A stretch of 64,000 bases of DNA from Myxococcota bacterium (GCA_965140415.1 OZ223209.1:3936001-4000000), one strand, 5' to 3'. Shown: positions 28,682-38,667, counted from the first letter of the stretch. Notes: a model not told the origin generated them from the sequence alone. Translations and numbers: made by a program.

Positions 28682-30882
28682 GGCGCAGTTCCCTGCATCC
28701 GCCAGGCCAACCAATAGGAACGAATCCCCAACACGGACAGAAACAGGCACACGAGCAAGCCAATGAGTGCCAGTGTGCCACCAATCAGGAACGAAAGAGG
28801 ACTATAGCTGTAAACAATCTTATGCCTGCCTTCCCCAACCGGCGTAAGCCTGAAAGAACCGTTCGCCAAAATCGTCTCGGCAGGTTCACCATCAATAGTA
28901 GCTTCCCAACCAGGATATTTGTTGTCAACCAACAACAGGTACGCGGGTTGCAAGGCATTGACTTCCACTTCCACCCGACTGGCGCGATACTTGGATATCG
29001 TCGCTGTTCCAAGTTCGACCGGTTCTTTGGGGCAATCGAGAAGTTCATGCCCGGCGGCATCATCCTGTGTTACAATCGCACAACTTTGTGGTTTGAAGTC
29101 CATTGCCGCCACCCTTTGATACGCACTGGCAATATCCTTGACAACATGCGCTCCAGCAACAAGAAACGCTCGTGGCAGCACGTTTGTATTTTCATAAATG
29201 TAATATCCAAACTTGGGAGCATAACAATACTCTTCGGGTTCTGACACAAGCAAACTCAAGCCGGGAACATCCACGGGTTCGCCGCATAACACATAGCGAA
29301 CATTCAGCATGTTCAATGCAGGCAATCGCAGACTGTGTTCTTTATCCAAAAATCGTATACGATAATCAAACAGGTTATCGGCGTAAACGCCCGGTTCGAT
29401 GGCATTCATCAATCTGGCGTATCGTCCAAACAGCAGCGAATCGTACCCCTGAGCATCAGCCAGGTTGAACACCATGTTGAAATTACACTGTATTGCAGTC
29501 GTGCGATATCGCACGAACCGATCCAACATTTTTCCCTTCTGCAACGTTTCAACACAAGGAAGGATTGGAGCCACGGTTTTAGGAATGGCAGATTCATTGA
29601 CCAGCGCACTAGAATACGAAGGCATGTACAAATAGAGAGGACCTATTAACAACAACAATAACAACTGAGGTATCCAGCGAGAAAAGCGTTCGATTCCGAA
29701 TGCCATAAGAATGGGCACGAAAACCGAATATGGAATGTAAATGAAGTTCTCTTCGATTTTGAAACGATCGTAGTACGGCAAAAGATAATATATAACTTTG
29801 TAAAATAACCCGCCATTGCTGATCAGCAGCGCCAGTAATGCCAAGACAAGCATGCTCAGTGGTACCCACTTGCGCTGCAAACCTCCTATCAGAGCCAGAA
29901 CAAGAACGATACTGCACAAATCTTTGCCGTGATAAACACGACCGAGCATCACATCGAGAATTTCCCTGAGCATCAATCGCGTGGACATAATGCCATCGTA
30001 AACATATTGACGAGTGGACATTTCTACAAGTTCGGTAGCCGTAAAAATCTGCAATGCGCCGATTAACGCTCCTAGAATGAAAATTGCCATCACCCGCCGA
30101 AACAGCACCAAGGCCTCGCTTTTACCCTGCTCATCCCACTTATGCCAAACAGCGATCAGAGCATAGATACCCCAGAACAACCATGCATTATACGTTACTT
30201 GAATATCACCACCATAGAATCCAGCACCGAAAAAGAAAGCAGCCAATGCAACCCATATCGGACTTTTTCTTTTCAGCGCCAGAACGAGAAAGAATAGAGA
30301 CACCACTCCCAAGCTACGCGTTTCCAGATTGGCAGGAGAACCGATAATGTCATTCTGAATCGTTTCCCAGGCAAAATAGCTTGCAGCCGCCACAGATCCG
30401 GCCAATCCGATCTTTTCTGATACGCACATTCCATATATTGCCAAAGTGGAGACAATCACAAGAAAAATGATCGCCCAGGTCATCGCAGTTAAAGTATCGG
30501 GGATCCATAAGAAAAGCAGCGTAGTCAAAGCCAGGGCTTTGCTCTGGCAATTGGCTAATAGCGGATATCCTCCAGCAGACCAGGGATTCCAGAGGGGAAA
30601 CTCTCCTTGACGCAATTGCTGCCGCGCTTCATTGGTCCATGCGTAGTATTGCTCCGTCTGATCCTCGAAGGCGCTGAGTTTATAGACCATCGAACCGGAA
30701 AGCATGATCACACGCTCCCCGCTGGCCACCGGCCACAACATATTCAAACAGAACCCCACAAGGAAAGTGATACCGACCACATGTCGCCATCCCGATTTCC
30801 CAAGAAATTCCGAAAACTTTGATATTACTCGAAAGAAAGTCATCTCTTTTTGCGCTATCCCATTCGACTTCAGTACATGCAA
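28678..30882 (-). CDS. YfhO-family multi-pass membrane protein (GT-C glycosyltransferase-like)
   Basis: GEFPLWNPWSAGGYPLLAN, many TM helices, QGYDSL, LNVRYV, YENTNVLPRAF, YPGWEATIDG. Confidence 0.85.
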   Translation of the reverse strand: MHVLKSNGIAQKEMTFFRVISKFSEFLGKSGWRHVVGITFLVGFCLNMLWPVASGERVIMLSGSMVYKLSAFEDQTEQYYAWTNEARQQLRQGEFPLWNPWSAGGYPLLANCQSKALALTTLLFLWIPDTLTAMTWAIIFLVIVSTLAIYGMCVSEKIGLAGSVAAASYFAWETIQNDIIGSPANLETRSLGVVSLFFLVLALKRKSPIWVALAAFFFGAGFYGGDIQVTYNAWLFWGIYALIAVWHKWDEQGKSEALVLFRRVMAIFILGALIGALQIFTATELVEMSTRQYVYDGIMSTRLMLREILDVMLGRVYHGKDLCSIVLVLALIGGLQRKWVPLSMLVLALLALLISNGGLFYKVIYYLLPYYDRFKIEENFIYIPYSVFVPILMAFGIERFSRWIPQLLLLLLIGPLYLYMPSYSSALVNESAIPKTVAPILPCVETLQKGKMLDRFVRYRTTAIQCNFNMVFNLADAQGYDSLLFGRYARLMNAIEPGVYADNLFDYRIRFLDKEHSLRLPALNMLNVRYVLCGEPVDVPGLSLLVSEPEEYCYAPKFGYYIYENTNVLPRAFLVAGAHVVKDIASAYQRVAAMDFKPQSCAIVTQDDAAGHELLDCPKEPVELGTATISKYRASRVEVEVNALQPAYLLLVDNKYPGWEATIDGEPAETILANGSFRLTPVGEGRHKIVYSYSPLSFLIGGTLALIGLLVCLFLSVLGIRSYWLAWRMQGTAP

Positions 30883-31142
30883 AGCCTGGAAAATCCGGTT
30901 TCAACTATCGGAAGTTCATATTCCAAGCGAATCTTATCACAGACAAAGCAAAAGCAGCAACGAGCTTTGCCACCTTTGAATAAGGAACATTCACCTTCAA
31001 TCTCTTGGATAGAAGAGAAACAAGCTACACTTTCACGCATAAGCACGTCCTTCTCCTTTCCCGAGCTTGACTTTTTCCCATAAGTTTGACAAGGTTCCTT
31101 CACGAAAACGGCTGAAACCTGAATCAGACAGGAGCGTGCGGA

Positions 31143-32117
31143 ATGCAACCCGTTCTCTTTACTATTCCTTTCGTGAATCTTCCCGTATACGGCTATGGCG
31201 TTATGCTGGGCCTGGCCTTCGTCGCCGGCTGGTATTTAACGGCCTATCTGGCAGAGTGGTATGGCCACAAACCGGAAAACTTTTATATGGCGATGACGCT
31301 GGCCGCCATTTTCTCAATCGTCGGTGCGCGTGTCTTTCACATCCTTTCCAATCCAGATGAAGGCTGGACGCTATGGCGAATGATTAACCTGCGTCAGGGC
31401 GGCCTTGTGGCCTACGGCGGCTACATTTTCGGCATCGGCTCAGGTGTGATTTACTGGATGTACCGCAAACTCAACATCTGGTCGCATCTGGATATTGCCA
31501 CCCCTTGTTTAGCTCTAGGTCTTGGACTCACCCGCATGGGATGCTTTCTCAGAGGCTGCTGCTACGGTGTCCGTACCGAATCCGCCGCCGGAATCAGTTT
31601 TCCGCCGGGAAGCCTTGTTGTGGAGCAGCACAGTCACCGTGGCTGGCACCTGTTGGAAAACGGCTGGTCCACTCCTGTCTTTCCCACCCAGTTATTCGAA
31701 TCGAGTTGGGGATTCTTCCTGTTCGCCCTGACTTTGGGATTGTTGATACTGAAAAGACGGAACAACCGTTTGGCTACACAAGCTGCGGAAAACGCAGAAC
31801 ATCGTGAAGATGTGGACGTAAAGCAAAAGACACCACGTCCAGCAGACGGCATTATCTTCATGTCTTTTGTCGGCCTGTATTCCTTTTTCCGTTTCCTGAT
31901 CGAATTCATTCGCGATGATGGAGGCAGAGGAACCGTGGGTCCGCTATCGACAAGCCAGTTTATCGGCCTGATCCTGGTCGGCATCACGGTATTTTTCGTA
32001 GTCTACTGGCTACCCCGCCATCCCTTCAAAGAAACGGCTGAAATCCCGCAAAGCCGAGCAGCCAGACGTCGCAAGAGTAGCAAACAGGTAAAATTGAAAT
32101 CGAAAAACAAGCATTAA
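31143..32117 (+). CDS. lgt: Prolipoprotein diacylglyceryl transferase
   Basis: YGVM, GAR, GGLVAYGG, RMGCFLRGCCYG, PTQLFES, RFLIEFIR. Confidence 0.93.
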   Translation: MQPVLFTIPFVNLPVYGYGVMLGLAFVAGWYLTAYLAEWYGHKPENFYMAMTLAAIFSIVGARVFHILSNPDEGWTLWRMINLRQGGLVAYGGYIFGIGSGVIYWMYRKLNIWSHLDIATPCLALGLGLTRMGCFLRGCCYGVRTESAAGISFPPGSLVVEQHSHRGWHLLENGWSTPVFPTQLFESSWGFFLFALTLGLLILKRRNNRLATQAAENAEHREDVDVKQKTPRPADGIIFMSFVGLYSFFRFLIEFIRDDGGRGTVGPLSTSQFIGLILVGITVFFVVYWLPRHPFKETAEIPQSRAARRRKSSKQVKLKSKNKH

Positions 32118-32151
32118 GGTCTTCGGTCCGGTAGCGAGGAGAAAAACGACC

Positions 32152-32883
32152 ATGGCCTCCCCGAAATTGCATCTGGTGAAAGAAAATGAGTCGCAGGACA
32201 CGTATCAGCCGGATGCCTCGGTTTGCTATTTGATCGAACCCGACCCCGAATCGAATTCGGAACAGAGACTCATTTCGAAACTTGGGGGACTCCCCTACTG
32301 GCCGGCATCCCACCCGTGGCCCTGCTGCACCGGATGTGGAGAACCCCTAACCTTTATTTTCCAGGTTCGTACAGACGATGTCATGCGCGTTCAATTCGGA
32401 CCACCACGGATGATCTGTTTTTTTTACTGCTACAACTGCCATCCCTGGTGGGACGTGGAAGGCAAAGGCTTTCTGCTGACCTATTTGCCATTCAATGCCA
32501 ATGAAAAGCTACTCGCAGCCAAGCATAGCCCACTGGATACTGGAGCGGTTCCAGTCCAACAAGCACTCAAATTCATTGAGGAATCGGACTATCCTATTTC
32601 GCAAGAACTGGAATCGTTCCCGGAAGATGAAAACCAGAGAGAGCTATTCCGACAATCGTTCCCGAATAGAACAGAAAGCAAAATCGGCGGTTTTCCATCC
32701 TGGCTGCAAAAGGCAGACATTCCACGCTGTCCCAAAAGCCATCAACCGATGGAATTCATCGGCCAACTCAATTCCAATCGGAAATGGAATGTGATCTTTC
32801 CCGACATGGGACGAGTGTTGTTTTTCAGAAATCCCGAGGCAGATTCATCCCATTCTAATTCCATTGTCATTCAGAGTGAATGA
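32152..32883 (+). CDS. DUF1963/YwqG-like protein
   Basis: SKLGGLPYWP...CTGCGEPLTFIFQ and a second SKIGGFPSWLQ...MEFIGQL...FPDMG. Confidence 0.7.
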   Translation: MASPKLHLVKENESQDTYQPDASVCYLIEPDPESNSEQRLISKLGGLPYWPASHPWPCCTGCGEPLTFIFQVRTDDVMRVQFGPPRMICFFYCYNCHPWWDVEGKGFLLTYLPFNANEKLLAAKHSPLDTGAVPVQQALKFIEESDYPISQELESFPEDENQRELFRQSFPNRTESKIGGFPSWLQKADIPRCPKSHQPMEFIGQLNSNRKWNVIFPDMGRVLFFRNPEADSSHSNSIVIQSE

Positions 32884-32967
32884 AACCACCTCCGTGAAAA
32901 GTCTTTGCCGCATCTTGAATCATCTGCTATTTTCAAGTTATGTATGCATTGTGAAGAGGAAAACAGT

Positions 32968-33456
32968 ATGAACGTGCTCGAATTGAAACCGGAAGCAGAT
33001 TGGCGAAACGCTTTAACGGAACTCGCGAATGAGATGCGAATGGCCGTTTCCTTGGTCGATCCAGAAGGCAAACCGCTATTCACGGTTGGAAACCTGAATC
33101 CGTTATGTTCGCATATCCGTCACAAGGAAAGCGATCGGGATGCCATTTGCGGTGAAACCTCACGCGATATGACCCAACTGCTTCACCAGACCGGCGAAGC
33201 GGTAACCAGTACCTGTAGGGGTGGTTTGTTGCGCGTTTCCGTTCCGATCTTCGTAGACAAGAAACTCATTGGACAGGTGGCAGCCTGCGGCATCTCCGTA
33301 CAGGGAAAGCCGTTTGAATCATCCGCTCTTTCCAAACAGCTTGGTTTGACTGATTCCGAAATCGATTCGTTGATGCAGGGTGTAGAGACTCGCAGCGAAA
33401 CGACCGGAGCCGTTTTGGCCGAGCGCATTACGGAAGCGCTGCAACTGATCCATTAA
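32968..33456 (+). CDS. Stand-alone PocR ligand-binding domain protein
   Basis: Three spaced Cys (NPLC, AIC, TCRGG), SVPIFV..LIG..AACG. GAGGA RBS. Confidence 0.75.
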   Translation: MNVLELKPEADWRNALTELANEMRMAVSLVDPEGKPLFTVGNLNPLCSHIRHKESDRDAICGETSRDMTQLLHQTGEAVTSTCRGGLLRVSVPIFVDKKLIGQVAACGISVQGKPFESSALSKQLGLTDSEIDSLMQGVETRSETTGAVLAERITEALQLIH

Positions 33457-33541
33457 GGCAAGTTACTTGTAACAGCGAAGAGTAGTTAACTTCGCATTAC
33501 AGGTACAAACGGTTGGCAATCTGTCTGATTTGTATGATTGA

Positions 33542-34345
33542 CTACATTGTAAAATTACGTACGCGATCCGTTACATCCACTCGTCTTCCCAGAACGCCTC
33601 TAATATGACCGTTCGTTTTTAACGGGGCCACCATAATGTGCACAACACGTCCTTTGGATTTTACGTCTTGAGCAATGGTTTCACCGCTTAATCCCTTCGT
33701 CAAGAAATCGAGTAATAACAGTCTCTGTTCTTCATCCAGGCTGTCAATTTCATCGATGGATTTCCCGATGGCGTCTCCCCAGTTTCGGCGACTATCGGAA
33801 TTCTGAAGAAACACTTTAAGATCCAGATCCATCGCCCAGAATTCATGCGGAAGACTATCCAGTAAGCCGTGTAAGAGCGATTCCCGTTCTTTAAGTGATA
33901 CCGTTCGCTCTCGTATCATCTGCTCAAGCCGCTGCTGGTATCGCAGATTTTCTTCCGACAAGCGCTTGTTTTCGTCTCTCAAGGTTTTGACTTTGGCTGC
34001 GTGAGCGACGACCTGGCACATATGTTCCCCGGAAACCGGCTTGCTTAAATAATCGTAAACCCGCCCCCGCATGGCCTCAATCGCGGTGGAAACCGTCGGT
34101 TCCCCTGAAATTAAAATGATTTCAATTTCTTCTGACCGCTCGCGAACCGCCCGGACAAGGTCCATCCCGGTCATTCTAGGTAGAATCACATCGGCTACAA
34201 CCACATCGATCGGTTGTTGATCCAACAGTTGAACTGCCTCTTCTGCGGATCCGGCGGCGCTCACCACATGACCTTCATCTTCCAGAAATTCTTTAAATGT
34301 AATCCGAATTCCTCGTTCGTCATCTACAATCAAGACCCGCGCCAT
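33542..34345 (-). CDS. Response regulator: REC, coiled coil and PAS, with no output domain
   Basis: VLIVDDE, ADVILPRMTG, DYLSKP. PAS ends in DVTDR just before the stop. Confidence 0.85.
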   Translation of the reverse strand: MARVLIVDDERGIRITFKEFLEDEGHVVSAAGSAEEAVQLLDQQPIDVVVADVILPRMTGMDLVRAVRERSEEIEIILISGEPTVSTAIEAMRGRVYDYLSKPVSGEHMCQVVAHAAKVKTLRDENKRLSEENLRYQQRLEQMIRERTVSLKERESLLHGLLDSLPHEFWAMDLDLKVFLQNSDSRRNWGDAIGKSIDEIDSLDEEQRLLLLDFLTKGLSGETIAQDVKSKGRVVHIMVAPLKTNGHIRGVLGRRVDVTDRVRNFTM

Positions 34346-34566
34346 TCATTCACCTATCATGTATTAACAATGCCGGAACTTCTTTAATTAACTAGGATAT
34401 ATCATTTCCACACACCCTCACAATCTGGCATAATTACAGAATACCGAGGGAAAGTCGAGGATAAAAGACCACTACTTGCTCTGTTCATTCCCGATCCCCT
34501 CTGTTTTTTTCATCTAGACGATATGAGAAAGAAGGATTCTACACTTGTTCAATACAAGTTTGGATG

Positions 34567-35322
34567 TTATGGCGTCCACGCACACCGGCCGCAAAACAGA
34601 AAATACTCCTGGTTTCCCTTTGGTCCTTTTATCGGCGCTTTCGCGGCAGGTTCGCAACAAAAACCTCTTTCCGTAACGAAATCGGAAATCCCCTGAACGG
34701 CACTTAATTGCAGGCTCTCCTCTCGCACGACGCCACCTTTACCAACATGCTCCTTGCCGACTTCGAATTGAGGTTTGACCATCGCCAATAAGCGCGCACC
34801 TTCGTTCATAAACGGCACCAGATACGGAATCACTCCCTGCAAGGAAATAAAAGAAACATCCACAACGATCAGGTCGATGTGCTCCTCCGAAATCGTCTCT
34901 CGTGTCAGCTTTTTCACGTGGAACCCTTCGCGGCAAATCACACGCTCATCGTTTCGTAAGGACCAGGCCAATTGATTCGTTCCGACGTCAATGGTGTATA
35001 CCCGCCTAGCTCCACGTTGCAGCAAACAATCGGTGAATCCTCCCGTAGAAGCTCCAATATCCAAACAACACCACCCGGAAGGATCGATATGATAATGGTC
35101 CAGCGCTCCGGCAAGCTTCAACCCGCCTCGCGACACGAAGGGACAGTTATCTCCTTTCAATCGGATCTGCGCATCTTCCGGTACAGGGGTTCCCGCCTTG
35201 GTTTCGGCATGCTCACCCACCACGACCAATCCGGCCAGAATCAGCGCTTTCGCACGTTCCCGACTGGGAGCCAGCCCTTGTTCTACCAACAAAACATCCA
35301 AGCGTTTCTTAGCCGTTTTCAT
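34567..35322 (-). CDS. tlyA: TlyA family rRNA 2'-O-methyltransferase
   Basis: KKRLDVLL, FVSRGGLKL, DIGASTGGFTD, DVSFISL, KPQFE, GNQEY. Confidence 0.95.
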   Translation of the reverse strand: MKTAKKRLDVLLVEQGLAPSRERAKALILAGLVVVGEHAETKAGTPVPEDAQIRLKGDNCPFVSRGGLKLAGALDHYHIDPSGWCCLDIGASTGGFTDCLLQRGARRVYTIDVGTNQLAWSLRNDERVICREGFHVKKLTRETISEEHIDLIVVDVSFISLQGVIPYLVPFMNEGARLLAMVKPQFEVGKEHVGKGGVVREESLQLSAVQGISDFVTERGFCCEPAAKAPIKGPKGNQEYFLFCGRCAWTP

Positions 35323-35511
35323 GATTTCCTAAGCGAATCCGTGAACAGTTGTAAGCAATAATCACGAGAAAAGCGAAATAAAAGCATCCTGTTCACAGAC
35401 TTTGTAGTAAAGATGTGATTCCGACGTTCCAGGACCAATCTAAAAATTCAGAGAAGCCCATTTGTTTGAAACCTATGGTTTTATCCAGGCAATCGAACGA
35501 AGGCGGCGCTT

Positions 35512-35745
35512 TTACTCCTCATCAGCTTCCAATTCAAAGGGAATGCTTTCCTCTCCACCCAGTTCTTTCATGATCAATTCCACTTTGCGTTCCATTTCCT
35601 GTAACCGTGTCGCTCCCTCTTTGGCGAGATCGACACCGGAACGAAACGCTTCCAGCGATTTTTCCAGGCTCAGATCGCCGTCTTCCAGTTGATCCACGAC
35701 TTTTCCAAGTCGCTCAAGAATCTGTTCGAAAGATGCCTTTGCCAT
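35512..35745 (-). CDS. xseB: Exodeoxyribonuclease VII small subunit
   Basis: SFEQILERL..VVDQLEDGDLSLEKSL..F..G. Confidence 0.92.
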   Translation of the reverse strand: MAKASFEQILERLGKVVDQLEDGDLSLEKSLEAFRSGVDLAKEGATRLQEMERKVELIMKELGGEESIPFELEADEE

Positions 35746-35763
35746 ATCCGATCCTTTCCAAAC

Positions 35764-36936
35764 TCAGGTGGGATCGCCCGGATAGATCGGGGAGATCTGC
35801 CGCAAACGCTTTACGATCGGTGGGAGTGTCTCCAGCACATAATCCACATCCTGCTCCGTGCTGAAGCGCCCCAGAGAAAAACGCAGAGAGGCGCGAGCCA
35901 ATTCTGCCTTCATACCCAGCGCAGAAAGAACATGGCTCGGCTCGGTGGAACCGGAAGCGCAGGCGCTACCGGAACTAACGGCAATACCCGTCATATCCAA
36001 AGAAAGCAACAGTGCTTCGCCTTCTACGTATTCGAATGACAGGTTCGACGTGTTGCACACACGCCCTGAAACCGCACCATTCAAGTGGACGTAAGGAACC
36101 TGTTGCATGATTCCCTCTTCCAGCTTTTTTCTCAGCGCATCGATGCGCTCGGCATCCTGTTGCAGGTCTTCCTTGATGATGCGGCAGGCTTCCCCCAGCG
36201 CAATGATTCCCAACACGTTTTCCGTTCCTGCACGTAAACCGAATTCCTGATGACCACCATGCAAAAGATTTTGAATGCGGATTCCCGGTCGCACGTACTG
36301 CCCACCGATTCCCTTGGGAGCATAGATCTTGTGACCGGCGAAACTGAGAATGTCCACATCCAGTTCCTGTACATCGACCGGAATCTTTCCCAATCCCTGC
36401 ACGGCGTCGGTATGAGTGAGAATCCCCTTTTCGCGACAAAGCGCGGCGATTTCCTTAACGGGAAAAATCACACCCGTTTCATTGTTCGCCAACATAACCG
36501 AAACCAGCACGGTCTCGTCCGTAATCGCCTCGGCAACCTGCTCCACTCGCAATTGCCCGTTACCGTCAACAGGCAAATAGGTAACTTTCGCCCCTTCCTG
36601 TTTTTCCAGCCAGTCACAGGTACCTAAAACCGCAGGATGTTCCACGGCGGTCGTAATGATGTGGTTTCCTTTTTCGCGATTGGCAAAAAAGGCACCTTTA
36701 ATCGCGTGATTGTCGCCCTCCGAACCTCCGGCGGTAAACAGGATGTTGTCGGGGTCTGTATTGATAGTAGCAGCGATATTTTCACGCGCTTCCGTTATGG
36801 CCTGTCGAGCCATACGTCCATAAGCATGAAAAGAAGAGGGATTACCGAAACTATCTTTTTTCAGGTAGGGAATGGCGCGTTCCGCTACGCGAGGGTCAAC
36901 GGGTGTCGTCGCGTTATAATCCATGTAAACCTGCAT
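35764..36936 (-). CDS. nifS: Cysteine desulfurase (NifS/IscS family)
   Basis: YMDYNATTP, GNPSS, EHPAV, NNETG, HTDAVQ, GHKIYAPKG, SSGSAC. AGGAG RBS. Confidence 0.93.
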   Translation of the reverse strand: MQVYMDYNATTPVDPRVAERAIPYLKKDSFGNPSSFHAYGRMARQAITEARENIAATINTDPDNILFTAGGSEGDNHAIKGAFFANREKGNHIITTAVEHPAVLGTCDWLEKQEGAKVTYLPVDGNGQLRVEQVAEAITDETVLVSVMLANNETGVIFPVKEIAALCREKGILTHTDAVQGLGKIPVDVQELDVDILSFAGHKIYAPKGIGGQYVRPGIRIQNLLHGGHQEFGLRAGTENVLGIIALGEACRIIKEDLQQDAERIDALRKKLEEGIMQQVPYVHLNGAVSGRVCNTSNLSFEYVEGEALLLSLDMTGIAVSSGSACASGSTEPSHVLSALGMKAELARASLRFSLGRFSTEQDVDYVLETLPPIVKRLRQISPIYPGDPT

Positions 36937-37071
36937 ACCCATTTCTCCTGGTCCATACTGAGCGTGGGATTTCACACTCAGATTCAACGATTGATAAGCA
37001 TTCGATCCAATTGGCAATGTAACAGAAAAGACCGACGGGAACAATGGCGCTTTAGATACGCTCTCGAGATG

Positions 37072-37911
37072 TCAGAGCTTCTTAATAGCTGCCCTAGCCT
37101 TTTTGGCCGAACCGGTTTTGGGGAAGCGATCGATACATTCTTCATAGAACAGCTTTGCGTCGTCCTTCATGCCAAGCGACCGGAAACATTCACCAAGCAT
37201 ATACAAAGCATCATCTACCGCATCGCCTTTCGGATATTTATCCGCCACTTTCTGAAATTCCATCACGGCCTGATGATAATTCTTTTCCTGGTAATAACTT
37301 TCCCCGATCCAATACTGGGCGTTATCGGCCAGTTTGTCATCCCCATGCTTTTTCAGAAAAATCGCCATCAAGCGACGTGATTCAACCGTATTCTTCTGCT
37401 TGACGATCAATGCCTTCGCTTTGTCGTACAACCCTTTCGGGTCGTCGTCAGGCACCGCTTCGATCGGCGTTTCTATGATCTGCTGAGTCTGCTGTTTCTT
37501 TTGATCGGGAGAAGCTACTCCCAGCTTGGCTTCCAATACGAGCACCCGTTTTTCCAGATCCGCCACTTGCTTTTGTAGTTTCATATCCAGTTGATCGAGA
37601 TTGAAACCGTTCTTTTCGATCATTCCATTCAGCATTTTAAGGTCGCGTTGAATACGACTGAGCTCCAAGTGGTCACTGGCGGTCGTCAGTCTATTGTTGT
37701 GCATCGTCTTATCCAGATCCTTACGGACGGTAGACATCTGCTCGTCGTTCTTTTCGACGTAACCGTTCAAATTCTGCTGCACACTCTCCAACTCGGTTTT
37801 CAACGCGATGATATCCTGCTTCATCACGTCGCCATCCTTATTGGTTACACAGGCCGAGAGCAATAACAGGCAGAATCCAATAACCAAAACGTAAGACGCA
37901 ACTCGTTTCAT
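37072..37911 (-). CDS. cpoB: Tol-Pal system protein CpoB/YbgF (lipoprotein form)
   Basis: Lipobox LSA-C, coiled coil, TPRs LADNAQYWIGESYY. Directly downstream of pal. Confidence 0.9.
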   Translation of the reverse strand: MKRVASYVLVIGFCLLLLSACVTNKDGDVMKQDIIALKTELESVQQNLNGYVEKNDEQMSTVRKDLDKTMHNNRLTTASDHLELSRIQRDLKMLNGMIEKNGFNLDQLDMKLQKQVADLEKRVLVLEAKLGVASPDQKKQQTQQIIETPIEAVPDDDPKGLYDKAKALIVKQKNTVESRRLMAIFLKKHGDDKLADNAQYWIGESYYQEKNYHQAVMEFQKVADKYPKGDAVDDALYMLGECFRSLGMKDDAKLFYEECIDRFPKTGSAKKARAAIKKL

Positions 37912-37932
37912 GGCTTCCTCAACTCGGTCCAT

Positions 37933-37977
37933 AAAAAAACGGACGCCCCTTTCCTGTTCTGAAAAAGGGGCCATCCG
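37933..37977 (-). terminator. Intrinsic terminator between pal and cpoB
   Basis: Minus strand CGGATGGCCCCTTTT...AAAGGGGCGTCCG followed by T7. Confidence 0.7.
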
Positions 37978-38004
37978 ACAGTTTCACGTTATACCGAAGA
38001 ATAA

Positions 38005-38667
38005 TTAGCGCGACAGCGTTTCCGCACGACGGTTCTTCGCCCAAGCATCTTCGTTGCTTGCCGAATCAACCGGACGTTCCTCACCGTAGCTGATGACCTT
38101 GATCTTGCTGCGCTCCACGCCCATGTCGCTCAAGTAGTTGCGAACCGACTCGGCGCGCTTCTGTCCCAGCGACAGGTTGTATTCCAACGAACCACGCTCA
38201 TCGCAATGACCTTCGATGGTGATCGCTGCAAAGCCACGCTTTTTAATGCACTCGGCGTTGTCACGCAACTGACGCTGCGCGTCCGAAGTCAGGTAGTATT
38301 CGTCGAAATCGAAATTCACGGTTTGCAGTTCGCAACGCGGTTCGGTGCAACGATTGTTTTCACAGATCTCATTGCTACCGCAATCGGCGTTACTCTGGCA
38401 CTCGTATTTACACTTGTTGTTGACGCAAATCTTGTTGTTGGAGCAATCCTCATTGGAAGTGCACTCGGGTGGAGGAGGCGGCGGAGCTTTGCGAATACAG
38501 CGACCACCTTCGCACTCGCGACCGGCAGGGCAATCTGCGCTCGTTTCGCACTCCGGCTTCGGAGGAGGCGGCTCCTTGGTGCAGGACAACGGCAGCATGG
38601 ACACCAGCAGCAACGCGGCGGCTCCCATCAAAAGGAAAAGAGAACCGTTCCGATTCGCTTTCTTCAT
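38005..38667 (-). CDS. pal: Peptidoglycan-associated lipoprotein with three N-terminal Cys-rich repeats
   Basis: Lipobox PLS-C. OmpA-C motifs VNFDFD, IEGHCDERGSLEYNLSLGQKRA, SYGEERP, KNRRAE. Confidence 0.9.
   Translation of the reverse strand: MKKANRNGSLFLLMGAAALLLVSMLPLSCTKEPPPPKPECETSADCPAGRECEGGRCIRKAPPPPPPECTSNEDCSNNKICVNNKCKYECQSNADCGSNEICENNRCTEPRCELQTVNFDFDEYYLTSDAQRQLRDNAECIKKRGFAAITIEGHCDERGSLEYNLSLGQKRAESVRNYLSDMGVERSKIKVISYGEERPVDSASNEDAWAKNRRAETLSR

Noticed and set aside
31399-31705. Lgt lacking the E. coli-type His residues (GGLVAYGG, FPTQ), suggesting an inactive enzyme
   Set aside because: Tyr at this position with the GCCYG motif is a common Lgt variant, and the other motifs are intact
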